DNA of 64,000 nt, taken from assembly GCA_965200545.1 (NCBI GenBank), contig CBDAUJ010000001.1, forward strand, positions 175,641-239,640, read 5' to 3'. The DNA is from Arenicellales bacterium (GTDB lineage Bacteria; Pseudomonadota; Gammaproteobacteria; Arenicellales; JAJDZL01). Of the stretch, positions 9,653-19,600 are shown one piece after another. Position 1 is the stretch's first letter. Every line of letters starts with the position of its first letter. The position numbers and the translations under genes were made by a program. Below the pieces are notes generated by a model. The model was not told where the DNA came from and did not search any database. It saw nothing but the letters and a program-made list of their open reading frames with translations.

Positions 9653-11431
9653 ATGCGAACGCATTCTTGCGCGTCTATCGGTCAGCGGGATGTCGACCGC
9701 GCGGTTCGCGTCTGCGGCTGGGTCAACAGCAGGCGCGATCACGGAGGCGTTATCTTTGTCGACTTGCGCGATGCAAGCGGGATTGCGCAGGTTGTGTTTG
9801 ATCCGCAAAACGAACACCCCTTTACGACGGCTGAATCCGTCAGGAATGAGTTCGTGCTGCAGGTTCAAGGCTGTGTGCGGCTGCGGCCGGAAGGCACCGA
9901 AAACGATGCCATTCCTACCGGTCGGTTTGAGATTGTTGCTCAGTCTGTGACGATTTTGAACAGTGCGGAAAGCTTGCCATTTCAGCTTGAAGAAGCTTCC
10001 GTCAACGAGAATTTACGTCTGACCTACCGATTCATCGACTTGCGCAATGGGCGCATGCAACGCAATCTGCGACTTCGCCATGCGCTGATACGCTCGATAC
10101 GCAACTTTCTCAATGCGCGCGATTTTACTGATATCGAGACGCCCATCCTGACCCGATCCACACCCGAAGGCGCTCGCGACTACCTGGTTCCAAGTCGGGT
10201 GCAGGGCGGTTCGTTTTACGCGCTGCCGCAGTCCCCGCAGATGTTCAAGCAAATGCTGGTCATATCCGGCTTTGAGCGCTACTACCAGATCGCCCGATGC
10301 TTTCGAGATGAAGATTTGCGAGCGGATCGTCAGCCGGAATTCACGCAGCTTGATGTTGAAATGGCATTTGTCAATGAAACTGAGGTCATGCAGCTCATGG
10401 AAGAGATGTTGCGGGAGATTTTTGAGCAGCTTGCAGGTGTCCAGCTCGCTGCTGAACTGCCAGTGCTGACCTATACAGACGCCATGAATCGCTACGGTAC
10501 GGATCGGCCGAATCTGCAGATACCGATGGAACTTGCTGAATTGTCCGACAGCGTCAAAGATGAGGATTTTCAGGTATTCAGCCGTCCAGCGAATAAGACT
10601 GACGGGCGGGTGGCCGCACTCAATGTGCCCGGCGGCGCCGCGTTATCGCGTCATCAAATCGATGAATACACAAAGTTCGTTGCGGACTATGGTGCGAAGG
10701 GACTGGCGTACATCAAAGTCGGTGACGCCGCTGGCGGACGCGACGGATTGCAATCGCCAATTCTCAAATTCCTGTCAGACAAAGCTGTGGCAGAAATCGT
10801 TCGCAGGTGTGGGAGTCGCAGCGGCGACTTGATCTTTTTTGGCGCCGATTCTCGCACAGTCGTGAACGCATCGCTTGGCGCTTTGCGAGTGCGGCTTGGT
10901 GAGGATTTGGGCATGAAATCTGACCGCTGGCATCTGCTTTGGGTGGTGGATTTCCCGCTGGTTGAATTCGACCGTGACAATCAGCGCTGGACGCCGCTGC
11001 ATCATCCGTTTACAGCGCCGGTTGCAGAGCATATTGATTTGATCGAGTCGGATCCGGGCGCCGTATTGTCTCGAGCGTATGACATGGTCCTCAATGGCGC
11101 CGAGATTGGTGGCGGATCGATGCGAAACCACCGCATTGAAGTGCAGCGCAAGATATTCAAGATGCTGGGACTTGATGAGCAGAGCATCGAGTCAAAGTTC
11201 GGATTTTTGCTTGAGGCGCTCAAATATGGCGCTCCTCCGCATGGCGGAATTGCGTTTGGCATTGATCGAATTGCCGCTTTGCTGTGCAATGAAAATTCGA
11301 TTCGCGATACGATTGCGTTTCCTAAAACCCAAAGAGCGCACTGTCCGCTGACGGATGCGCCGAACGCGGTCAGCACGGATCAGCTCAATGAGCTGCAGCT
11401 GCGGCTCAAACCGTCCGTCGCGGCCAGCTGA
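9653..11431 (+). CDS. aspS: Aspartate--tRNA ligase
   Basis: Class II aaRS motifs (FRDEDLRADRQPEFTQLD, GGGSMR, GIAFGIDR). The N-terminus MRTHSCASIG.. aligns with E. coli MRTEYCGQL.., so I chose the ATG at 9653 over the GTG at 9641. Confidence 0.97.
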   Translation: MRTHSCASIGQRDVDRAVRVCGWVNSRRDHGGVIFVDLRDASGIAQVVFDPQNEHPFTTAESVRNEFVLQVQGCVRLRPEGTENDAIPTGRFEIVAQSVTILNSAESLPFQLEEASVNENLRLTYRFIDLRNGRMQRNLRLRHALIRSIRNFLNARDFTDIETPILTRSTPEGARDYLVPSRVQGGSFYALPQSPQMFKQMLVISGFERYYQIARCFRDEDLRADRQPEFTQLDVEMAFVNETEVMQLMEEMLREIFEQLAGVQLAAELPVLTYTDAMNRYGTDRPNLQIPMELAELSDSVKDEDFQVFSRPANKTDGRVAALNVPGGAALSRHQIDEYTKFVADYGAKGLAYIKVGDAAGGRDGLQSPILKFLSDKAVAEIVRRCGSRSGDLIFFGADSRTVVNASLGALRVRLGEDLGMKSDRWHLLWVVDFPLVEFDRDNQRWTPLHHPFTAPVAEHIDLIESDPGAVLSRAYDMVLNGAEIGGGSMRNHRIEVQRKIFKMLGLDEQSIESKFGFLLEALKYGAPPHGGIAFGIDRIAALLCNENSIRDTIAFPKTQRAHCPLTDAPNAVSTDQLNELQLRLKPSVAAS

Positions 11432-11448
11432 CTCCGCGCTTGCAGCGA

Positions 11449-11913
11449 ATGATGCAGCAGTCGCAGCAGTCATTCCGCCGGCCTGAATCGATTTTGCTTG
11501 TGATCGTTGCGCATGAGCGGCAGACGCTGCTGTTGAAAAGAGCGCCGCCGCGAAGTTTCTGGCAGTCGGTCACTGGATCAATGCGATGGCATTCGGAAAC
11601 CGCCAAGCAGGCTGCGGTGCGTGAATTGCATGAGGAGACGGGTATTGCCGTGGAGTCAAGCCAGATTCGCGATTGGGAACGAAAATTCCGATTCCCGATT
11701 CCCAAAGTGCTGCAGTATCGCTATCATCCGGAAATTACTGCGAACACGGAATTGATGTTCTCTGTCTCCGTTCCGAGCGCCGTGGACGTTACGCTCCGGC
11801 CGCAGGAGCATATCGATTATCAGTGGACCGATATCGATAAGGCGCAATCCATCGTCTGGTCATGGTCGAACCGTGAAGCCTTGCGGCTGGTGGCGCGCAC
11901 GCTAGCGGATTGA
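11449..11913 (+). CDS. nudB: Dihydroneopterin triphosphate pyrophosphatase (Nudix)
   Basis: Nudix box (..FWQSVTGSM....ETAKQAAVRELHEETGI) and the C-terminal motif W..NREA. It is colinear with E. coli NudB and adjacent to aspS, as in E. coli. The start is uncertain (ATG 11449 or TTG 11440). Confidence 0.8.
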   Translation: MMQQSQQSFRRPESILLVIVAHERQTLLLKRAPPRSFWQSVTGSMRWHSETAKQAAVRELHEETGIAVESSQIRDWERKFRFPIPKVLQYRYHPEITANTELMFSVSVPSAVDVTLRPQEHIDYQWTDIDKAQSIVWSWSNREALRLVARTLAD

Positions 11914-12088
11914 CGCCAGCCGAGCATAAGGCCGGCCAGTTCTGTTTTGCATTGACAGTCTGGTAATGGCTGACATAAACCGCTTGGGTGCTGCCACTCA
12001 TTGATAAAGGCGAGAAGTCGCGTATTGTGTGGGACGGAGAATCGCAGCAAGTCATTGCAGGAACCGGCCCCGGTCGCGCCTTCTTGCC

Positions 12089-12116
12089 TTGCTCCTGCAG
12101 CGCTCAAGAATATAAT
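12089..12116 (+). promoter_or_regulatory. Candidate sigma70 promoter for the HIT gene
   Basis: TTGCTC (12089-12094), a 16-nt spacer, then a perfect TATAAT (12111-12116). This lies 44 nt upstream of the proposed GTG start. Confidence 0.3.
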
Positions 12117-12159
12117 TCACCAATCAGGTTCTGATTTTTTTGTTATTGATGGAGGCATC

Positions 12160-12504
12160 GTGGCCGAAGAAACCATATTCAGTAAAATTATTCGCAAAGA
12201 AATACCAGCCGATATTGTCTATGAAGATGAAGAGATTCTGGCATTTCGCGATATTTCACCGCGAGCGCCAGTCCACTGCCTGATTATTCCCAAAAAAGTC
12301 ATACCGACAGTCAATGATGCAACTGCTGAAGATGAGCAAGTTTTGGGGCGATTGTTCACGGTGGCTGCCAAGCTGGCTAAGGAAAGCGGCATTGATCGCA
12401 GCGGCTATCGCCTGTCCGTCAATTGCAATGCCGATGGAGGACAGGAAGTGTTTCATTTGCATATGCACTTGATGGGCGGCCGCCGCATGCAGCGCATGGG
12501 GTGA
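12160..12504 (+). CDS. HIT-family (HinT-like) nucleotide phosphoramidase
   Basis: Histidine-triad motif [15 protein letters not shown] sits 5 nt before the GTG at 12160, which gives the usual length of about 114 aa. The upstream part of the 167-aa ORF in the track has no HIT homology. Confidence 0.88.
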   Translation: MAEETIFSKIIRKEIPADIVYEDEEILAFRDISPRAPVHCLIIPKKVIPTVNDATAEDEQVLGRLFTVAAKLAKESGIDRSGYRLSVNCNADGGQEVFHLHMHLMGGRRMQRMG

Positions 12505-12544
12505 TGATGCCCTGGTGCGAATAATTCTGGGGTACCGATCGAAG

Positions 12545-13696
12545 ATGTCAATACAGTTTTCAGAAAAAGAATATGAAAATCGCCGCGAGCGCGTCATTGC
12601 GCAGCTCCAGGAAGCGCAATTGCACGGCATATTGCTCTTTCGGCAAGAAAGCATGTACTACCTCACGGGCTACGATACTTTCGGCTACTGCTTCTTTCAA
12701 TGCCTGTTCATCGGTGTTGATGGGCAGTATGCATTGCTGACGCGCGCACCGGACAAACTGCAGGCGCAGCTGACTTCTACGATTCAAGATATTCGGATCT
12801 GGGTTGATCAAGCGCAGGTCAATCCCGCCGGCGACTTGATCAGGATGCTGGACGATTTCGGCTGCCGCGGAAAGTCACTCGCCGTTGAATTGAACGCGTA
12901 TGGCCTCACTGCCGGATTATGGGATCGGATCGGCTCGCCGCTCAAAGAATATTGCCATCTCATCGACCATTCAGAACTAGTCAGCAAGCTGCGTGTGATC
13001 AAGTCACCGGATGAGATAGTCTACACCGAAAAAGCGGCGCAGCTGGCCGATGATGCGCTTGATGAGGCGCATAAGCTCACTCAGCCGGGCGCGTATGACG
13101 GCGACATTCTGGCGGCCATGCACAGCGCGATTTACCGCGGCGGCGGCGATGATCCGGCGAATGAGTTTATTCTGGGATCCGGTGAGAATGCACTCCTTTG
13201 CCGTTATCACACCGGACGGCGCCATTTGTCGTCGCAAGATCAACTGACCATCGAATTTGCCGGTGTCTATCGGCACTACCATGCGTGTCTGATGCGCACA
13301 ATCCTGGTTGGTCAGCCGGATCAGCGCCAGCTCGCGATGCATTATGCCTGTCAAGAGGCTATGCTGGCTTGTCAGGAAGCGCTTAAACCGGGGGCGGTTG
13401 CCGGCGATGTGTTCGATGCGCATGCGCGCGTTTTGGATCGTTGCGGATATCGCGAAATGCGCATGAACGCCTGCGGCTACAGCTTAGGCGCAACCTACGC
13501 GCCGACCTGGATGGATTGGCCGATGTTTTATTCCGGCAACCCGGTTGAGATAAAGCCGAATATGGTATATTTCGTGCACATCATTTTGTTTGATTCTGCT
13601 AATGGCTTAGCGATGACGCTGGGGGAGACAGTGACTGTGACTGAGGGTGAGACGCGCCGCCTGAGTCGGCACAATCTGGATTTGACGATCAAATGA
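12545..13696 (+). CDS. M24-family metallohydrolase (Xaa-Pro peptidase / creatinase / ectoine-hydrolase-like)
   Basis: Creatinase-type N-domain (ESMYYLTGYDTFGY) followed by a pita-bread C-domain (..DGDILAAMH...IEFAGVYRHYHACLMRT...). The substrate cannot be assigned from sequence. Confidence 0.8.
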   Translation: MSIQFSEKEYENRRERVIAQLQEAQLHGILLFRQESMYYLTGYDTFGYCFFQCLFIGVDGQYALLTRAPDKLQAQLTSTIQDIRIWVDQAQVNPAGDLIRMLDDFGCRGKSLAVELNAYGLTAGLWDRIGSPLKEYCHLIDHSELVSKLRVIKSPDEIVYTEKAAQLADDALDEAHKLTQPGAYDGDILAAMHSAIYRGGGDDPANEFILGSGENALLCRYHTGRRHLSSQDQLTIEFAGVYRHYHACLMRTILVGQPDQRQLAMHYACQEAMLACQEALKPGAVAGDVFDAHARVLDRCGYREMRMNACGYSLGATYAPTWMDWPMFYSGNPVEIKPNMVYFVHIILFDSANGLAMTLGETVTVTEGETRRLSRHNLDLTIK

Positions 13697-13794
13697 GACG
13701 GGCACGGCGTGTCCATGCGCAATCAATCGTGTCAGCCGCCCAATCACAAATCAGCCCGCACTGCTCATAGATGTGCTTTGTTTGAGATATACCG

Positions 13795-15345
13795 ATGCCC
13801 GAGACTAGGCGCTTAGGCGGCCGGGCAGCCAGGAAAGCCATTCGAGCCGCGCCTTTGGCGGAAAAAGACAAAGCTGTTCGGCCAGGCATGCGCGGCGGAC
13901 GGTTTGCGCCGCTGACTGACTCGGAAGTTATCGCAGTCAACGATGCGGTCATGGATGTGCTCGAGAACATTGGCCTGTCGCAGGCGATTCCGTCATGCAT
14001 TGAGCTGGTTACCCAGGCTGGCGGCCAGTACACCGCCGAAGGCAGACTGACTTTTCCACGATCATTGGTTGAGGACACAATTGCCGGCGCCTGTCGGGAT
14101 TATGTTCTGTGTGGACGTGACCCCCGACACGATTTGGAACTCACCGACACACGTGTTTATTTCGGCACCGCCGGTGCCGCGGTCCATGTGGTTGACCTCG
14201 AGACTCGCAAATACCGCGAGTCCACCCTTAAGGATTTGTATGATATCGCGCGCATCGTCGATCAGATGGAGCATATTCATTTCTTCCAGCGCCCTTTGGT
14301 CTGCCGGGATCTGGAAAACCCTTATGAAATGGATTTGAATACCTGTTATGCGTGCATCACCGGCACCTCCAAACATATCGGTTCAAGCTGGGTTTTGCCT
14401 GAGCATTTGGACAAATCGGTCGAGATGCTGCATATTGTTTCAGGCGGAGAAAGTCAGTGGCGCAAGCGGCCCTTTGTCAGCTGTTCGTCCTGTTTCGTTG
14501 TGCCGCCGCTGCGTTTTGCAGAAGATGCCTGTGCGGTACTTGAACAATCGGTTCGAGCGGGCATGCCAGTATTGCTGCTGGCGGCCGGGCAGGCCGGCGC
14601 AACGAGTCCCGCATCGCTCGCCGGTGCGGTGGTGCAGGAAATCGCTGAGACGCTGGCCGGTTTGGTTTATGTCAATGCGATAAAGAAAAAGCACCCCGCG
14701 ATTCTCGGCATCTGGCCGTTTGTTTCCGACTTGCGAACTGGCGCAATGAGCGGCGGCAGCGGCGAGCAAGCGGTGCTGATGGCAGCCTGCGGTCAGATGG
14801 GCCGCTATTATGACCTTCCCACTGGCATTGCGGCCGGGATGGCAGATTCCAAACTGCCGGACTCCCAGTCCGGATTCGAAAAGGGCTATACCACAACTTT
14901 AGCCGGGCATTCTGGCGCCAACATGATCTATGAGGCTGCTGGCATGCATGCCAGTCTGCTGGGTGTCAGCCTGGAGAGCTTTATCGTCGACAACGACATG
15001 CTTGGCGCAGTCAATCGGTCCATTCGAGGCATCGAGATCAATGATGAGTCGCTTTCCACGGAGGTCATGCGTGAGGTTTGTATTGGCGGTCCAAGCCATT
15101 TTTTGGGCCATGATCAGACCATGGCACTGATGCAGAAAGATTATGTTTATCCTGATGTCGGCGACCGGACCAGTCCTAAAGAATGGGCGGAGCGCGGATC
15201 AACTGACGTAATACAAAAAGCGCAGTTGCGCGTCAATGACATCTTGTCGAATCATTTCCCGCGCTACGTCGATAATGCCACCGACGGCCTGCTTCGTCGG
15301 CGATTCCCGATTCGGCTCCCCAAAGAGCTGATGTCACCCAAGTGA
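13795..15345 (+). CDS. MttB-superfamily methyltransferase, non-pyrrolysine type
   Basis: 516-aa uninterrupted ORF with no in-frame TAG. It resembles the trimethylamine methyltransferase family throughout (FAPLTDSEV..V.DA.MDVLENIG, YFGTAGAAVHVVD, MADSK.PD.QSG.EKG). Confidence 0.85.
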   Translation: MPETRRLGGRAARKAIRAAPLAEKDKAVRPGMRGGRFAPLTDSEVIAVNDAVMDVLENIGLSQAIPSCIELVTQAGGQYTAEGRLTFPRSLVEDTIAGACRDYVLCGRDPRHDLELTDTRVYFGTAGAAVHVVDLETRKYRESTLKDLYDIARIVDQMEHIHFFQRPLVCRDLENPYEMDLNTCYACITGTSKHIGSSWVLPEHLDKSVEMLHIVSGGESQWRKRPFVSCSSCFVVPPLRFAEDACAVLEQSVRAGMPVLLLAAGQAGATSPASLAGAVVQEIAETLAGLVYVNAIKKKHPAILGIWPFVSDLRTGAMSGGSGEQAVLMAACGQMGRYYDLPTGIAAGMADSKLPDSQSGFEKGYTTTLAGHSGANMIYEAAGMHASLLGVSLESFIVDNDMLGAVNRSIRGIEINDESLSTEVMREVCIGGPSHFLGHDQTMALMQKDYVYPDVGDRTSPKEWAERGSTDVIQKAQLRVNDILSNHFPRYVDNATDGLLRRRFPIRLPKELMSPK

Positions 15346-15379
15346 GGGACAGAGCGAGAGCGCTGCCTATGCGTTAGAT

Positions 15380-16927
15380 CTACGGCTGCCGCGCTCCAGG
15401 ATTGAAGTGCGGAAATCTTGACATCTGTGCCATTTCGTCGCAATTCTGATGAGTGCGCACATAGGACCTTGTGGCATCTTTCAGCGGCTGATAGTCCCAG
15501 CTCAGGCCGGGAGTGCGCCGCATGGCCGCATGCACCAGAAGCCTTGATTGCTGATCGGCAATAATATCCTGACGAATATTCTCCAAGTCCCATCTGGCAT
15601 GAACTTCACTGGCAAATGACTTGACAATTGTCTGATGCGATGACTGCTGCGCCAGATTATTGAGCTCGTCTGGGTCATCAGCAAGATTGAACAGCATCGG
15701 CGGGTCAATTTCGCAGTGAATGTATTTCAGATGGCCGTGCCGGAGCATCACCATCGGATGAGAAGTGCATTCGGCTGAATACTGACTCACCACAGTGCGA
15801 TCGCCACAGCCGCCATTTCCGGTGAGCAGATTGCACAAGCTTTGTCCGTCGAGCTGGTCAGATGCGGTTCCGGAGCCGTCCGCGGCAAGTTCCACTAAAG
15901 TGGGCAGCAGATCGAGGGTTGAGCATACGCTGGGAATCGCTGCGCTGCGGATGCCGGGCCCTGCGATGATCAGCGGCACTCGTGCGGCTTGTTCGAAAAA
16001 GCACATTTTGTACCACAGTCCGCGTTCGCCGAGCATATCGCCATGATCTGCGGTGAACACCACAATAGTGTTGTCTATCAGACGGGTCTTCTCCAGCGTA
16101 TCGATGAACTGTCCAAGCCAGTTATCCACGTAGGAGGTGTTGGCATAGTATGCTTGTCTTGCCTGGCGGATCAAGAATTCTGCGGGCGGCCCAACATCGG
16201 CCTGCATGCCTGAAATGAGCCGCTGAGCGTGCGGGTCCGCAGGCGCTGAATCGAGATTTATGCGCGGCATGTCGATTTCCTTTTCTGCATACAGGTTCCA
16301 CCACTTTGAGCGCGCGACGTAAGGATCATGCGGATGGGTGAATGAAGCCACCATGAAAAATGGAGCTGCATCGGGATTGCGGGCATAGTCGTAAAGTTTG
16401 CGGATGCCATGAAAGCCTGTTTCATCATCAAACTCAAGCTGAAAAGTCATTTCAGCATGACCCGCTTCCCGTATCGAACTCATATTGTGATAAAAGTCGT
16501 TATTGCGCTCATCGGCATTTTCCCAGTTAGGCGTGAACGCGTAATCGGCTGGATAGATGTCGGTGGTCAGCCGTTCGGAAAAGCCGTGCAGCTGATCCGG
16601 GCCGACAAAGTGCATTTTTCCAGTCAGGCAGCTTTGGTATCCGATACGAGCGAGGTGGTGACAGACTGTCGGAATCGAAGAAGAGAATTCTGCGGCGTTG
16701 TCGTAGGCCCGAATACGCCACGGCAATTGTCCTGCCAGCATCGAAAATCGGGCTGGGGCACACTGTGGATAGGGCGTATAGGCTGCATCGAAGCGGCAGC
16801 CTCGCTCTGCCAGCCGATTCATGTGGGGTGTCTGAACGATGCGATGACCATAGGCACCGGTGTAGTGCGGCGCCAGCTGGTCTGCCATCAGCACTAGAAT
16901 ATTCGGCGATTTCATTGATTGATGCAT
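15380..16927 (-). CDS. betC: Choline-sulfatase
   Basis: Colinear with S. meliloti BetC (PNILVLMADQL, sulfatase CAPAR motif, LTTDIYPAD, SFTHPHDPYVAR, DHGDMLGERGLW.KM.FFE..ARVPL). I prefer the ATG at 16927 (or 16915) to the TTG at 17062. Confidence 0.9.
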   Translation of the reverse strand: MHQSMKSPNILVLMADQLAPHYTGAYGHRIVQTPHMNRLAERGCRFDAAYTPYPQCAPARFSMLAGQLPWRIRAYDNAAEFSSSIPTVCHHLARIGYQSCLTGKMHFVGPDQLHGFSERLTTDIYPADYAFTPNWENADERNNDFYHNMSSIREAGHAEMTFQLEFDDETGFHGIRKLYDYARNPDAAPFFMVASFTHPHDPYVARSKWWNLYAEKEIDMPRINLDSAPADPHAQRLISGMQADVGPPAEFLIRQARQAYYANTSYVDNWLGQFIDTLEKTRLIDNTIVVFTADHGDMLGERGLWYKMCFFEQAARVPLIIAGPGIRSAAIPSVCSTLDLLPTLVELAADGSGTASDQLDGQSLCNLLTGNGGCGDRTVVSQYSAECTSHPMVMLRHGHLKYIHCEIDPPMLFNLADDPDELNNLAQQSSHQTIVKSFASEVHARWDLENIRQDIIADQQSRLLVHAAMRRTPGLSWDYQPLKDATRSYVRTHQNCDEMAQMSRFPHFNPGARQP

Positions 16928-17071
16928 TCCATACAAGAAAATTGGAATTGTACCTGATGAGCGGCCGCAGGCTTCCGCATCTTCATCCGCCATCACACCG
17001 GGCAGAAATTCAGTCTCTCCCGGACGTGGATTGCAGTTTTTGGCAAGCGTTCTACTAGGCAATCAAGCAGC

Positions 17072-17101
17072 TTGTGCATTTTTTCAAGAAAAAATGCACA
17101 A
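17072..17101. promoter_or_regulatory. Perfect 30-bp palindrome (13-bp arms, 4-bp centre) in the betC / BKACE divergent intergenic region; candidate operator
   Basis: The sequence TTGTGCATTTTTT-CAAG-AAAAAATGCACAA was read directly, and the arms are exact reverse complements. Confidence 0.5.
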
Positions 17102-17223
17102 ATCATCAAGGTGTGGAAGCAGCCTGGCGCAGGCAATTCAGCGTTGCGAGAATCTGCAAGCAGGTACAATGAATTTTACACATTGAAACATCTGAAATTT
17201 TTCCACCTGAGTCCAATGCGAAT

Positions 17224-18111
17224 ATGAACCAAGAAGTTGTCATCACCTGTGCAGTAACCGGTTCTGGAGAGACGCAGCACAAGCATCCTGATCTGCCAAT
17301 TACACCGCAGCAGATCGCCGATGCCTGCATTGAGGCTGCCAACGCTGGAGCCGCAATCGTGCATATTCATGTGCGCGACCCGCAGACCGGGGCCGGTGCG
17401 CGCGATCACGAGTCATTCGCCGAAGTCGTTCACCGGGTCCGCGCGAGCGGCATTGATGTTGTGATCAACCTGACGACCGGCATGGGCGGTGACTATGTGG
17501 TTGGCGAGCACAATCCGACAGAGCCCGGCGAGGGGACTGATTTCGTCTTGCCGCTGGAAAGAGTCAGTCATATCGACAGCCTGCTGCCAGAAATCTGCTC
17601 ACTTGATTGCGGAACCATGAATTTTGGCGATGGCAATCTGCTTATGGTCAATACGCCCGATCATCTGCGCATTGCCGCGAAGCATATTCAGAAGACTGGG
17701 ATCAAGCCTGAATTGGAAGTGTTTGATACCGGTCATGTCTGGATGGCAAACCGCATGGTTGAGGAGGGCTTGATCGATGAGCCGCCGCTTTATCAGATTT
17801 GTCTCGGCATTCCCTACGGCGCGCCGGCGACGACCGCAGCGATGAAGACGATGAGCGACATGCTGCCGGCAGGCGCCAATTGGACGGCGTTTGGCATTAG
17901 TCGCCACCAGATGCCCATGGTGGCGCAGGCAGTTTTGCTCGGCGGACATGTCAGGGTTGGATTGGAAGACAACCTGTATTTGAAAAAGGGCGAGTTTGCC
18001 ACCAACGGCCAGCTGGTCGAGAAGGCAGTCAGTATTGTAGAGATGCTCGGCGCACAAGTTGCCAGCCCGCAAACGGCGCGCGAGAAGTTCAAGCTGACCA
18101 AGCAGATATAG
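17224..18111 (+). CDS. 3-keto-5-aminohexanoate cleavage enzyme family (BKACE / DUF849)
   Basis: The N-terminus VVITCAVTGSGET...PITPQQIADACIEAANAGAAIVHIHVRDP is typical of BKACE enzymes. The length is 295 aa. Confidence 0.88.
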   Translation: MNQEVVITCAVTGSGETQHKHPDLPITPQQIADACIEAANAGAAIVHIHVRDPQTGAGARDHESFAEVVHRVRASGIDVVINLTTGMGGDYVVGEHNPTEPGEGTDFVLPLERVSHIDSLLPEICSLDCGTMNFGDGNLLMVNTPDHLRIAAKHIQKTGIKPELEVFDTGHVWMANRMVEEGLIDEPPLYQICLGIPYGAPATTAAMKTMSDMLPAGANWTAFGISRHQMPMVAQAVLLGGHVRVGLEDNLYLKKGEFATNGQLVEKAVSIVEMLGAQVASPQTAREKFKLTKQI

Positions 18112-18154
18112 TCCGCTTGTGCTGAATGTGAAACTCTGATTCCGCCGCCGCCCG

Positions 18155-19463
18155 ATGATTGATGCGCATGGGTTGCAAACGACTGTGGGCAGTCGCAAGG
18201 CATTCGACTGCTACGAGCAGGCGGTTGATGAGATGCTGCGTCTTTTTCCCGTCTGCGAGTCGACCGCTGAGACGGCTGTCAATGAATACTGCAATTTCCC
18301 GATGGCACACTGCCTGCGAGCCTATGCGTGCACGGCGATGGCGCAGTCACGCGGATCGGAAACGCTGCGACGTTGCCTTGAGGATGCCAAAAAAGCCGCT
18401 TCAGCTCAGGCCAATGAGAGAGAAAAACTGCATATCGCAGCTATTGAGCAGTGGTACCGTGGTGACTTGACTGGTTTTTTCCGAGCATCTTGATGAGATT
18501 CTCACGCATTTCCCAACCGATCCCATTGCTTTGCACAAGGGGCATATGGTCGATTTTCATTTGGGTGCCGCAGCCAGTCTTCGAGATCGCATCGCCAAGT
18601 CACTGAGGTACTATGACGCTGACATGCCGGGCTATGGCTATGCTTTGGGGATGCATGCGTTTGGCCTTGAAGAATGCGGTGCTTACGAGCAAGCCGAGCA
18701 GGTCGGCCTGCAGGCAGTTGAAATCAATCGCGATGATGTGTGGGCGATTCATGCGGTGGCCCACGTCCGGCACATGCAAGGGCAGCCGCAAAAAGGCATC
18801 GACTGGTACACATCCTGCGAGAGCGATTGGAATGTCGGCAATAGTTTCGCAATTCACAACTGGTGGCATCAAGCTTTGTTCTATTTTGATCTGCAGCAAT
18901 TTGATCAAGTCCTTGATATTTATGATGCGTCACTGTCGGAAACTGCTTTCGCCATCGAAGCCATTGATGCGACTGCTCTTTTATGGCGCTTGCGGCTCGC
19001 ACAGGTAGAGACTGGCGATCGATGGCGTAGATTGGCTGACAAATGGGAGGCAGAACTCGCGGAGACCGATTTTTACTGCTTCAATGACGTTCATGCGATG
19101 GTTGCGTTTATTGGCGCCGAGCGATGGCCGGCGGCACAAAGGGTGGTTGATCGGGTCACTGACGAAATGAATTCTTCAAATTTTGCGAGCGATGCGGCAG
19201 GGCAGGCTGGTTACCCGGTAATCCGAAGCTTGCTGGATTATGGCCAGGGGCGTTTTGGTGATGCACTGGCCTCTTTTTCGCAAGTGCGTGAATGGATCTG
19301 CAGAATCGGCGGAAGTCATGCGCAGCGTGAATTGCTGACCTTCACGATGCTTGATGCGGCTCTTCGATCAGGGCGGCGTGAGTATGTGTGTCGGATACTG
19401 AACGAGCGAAAGGCTGCAAAAGCAGCCTGCACCCTGACTCAGCAATTCATGGAGCGACTTTGA
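18155..19463 (+). pseudogene. TTC38-family tetratricopeptide protein, split by a +1 frameshift in a T6 run (18475-18480)
   Basis: ORFs 18155..18493 and (18484)18531..19463 together are colinear with the TTC38 family (FGLEECG.YEQAE, DVWAIHAVAHV.HMQG, HNWWH.ALF, DATALLWRL). Removing one T gives a continuous ..WYRGDLTGFSEHLDEILTHFPTDPIAL.. reading. Confidence 0.8.
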
Positions 19464-19600
19464 TTTGGAATAATTTTCTGAGTCCATGCATAGCGAAGCT
19501 ATGTGAAAGCCTCTTAAGTTCTAATCGACAGAAACAGTCTGAGAAAATCATCAGATAAGGTCGTATTTTTGGAGATTTTTGAGGAATATATTCCAGAGCG

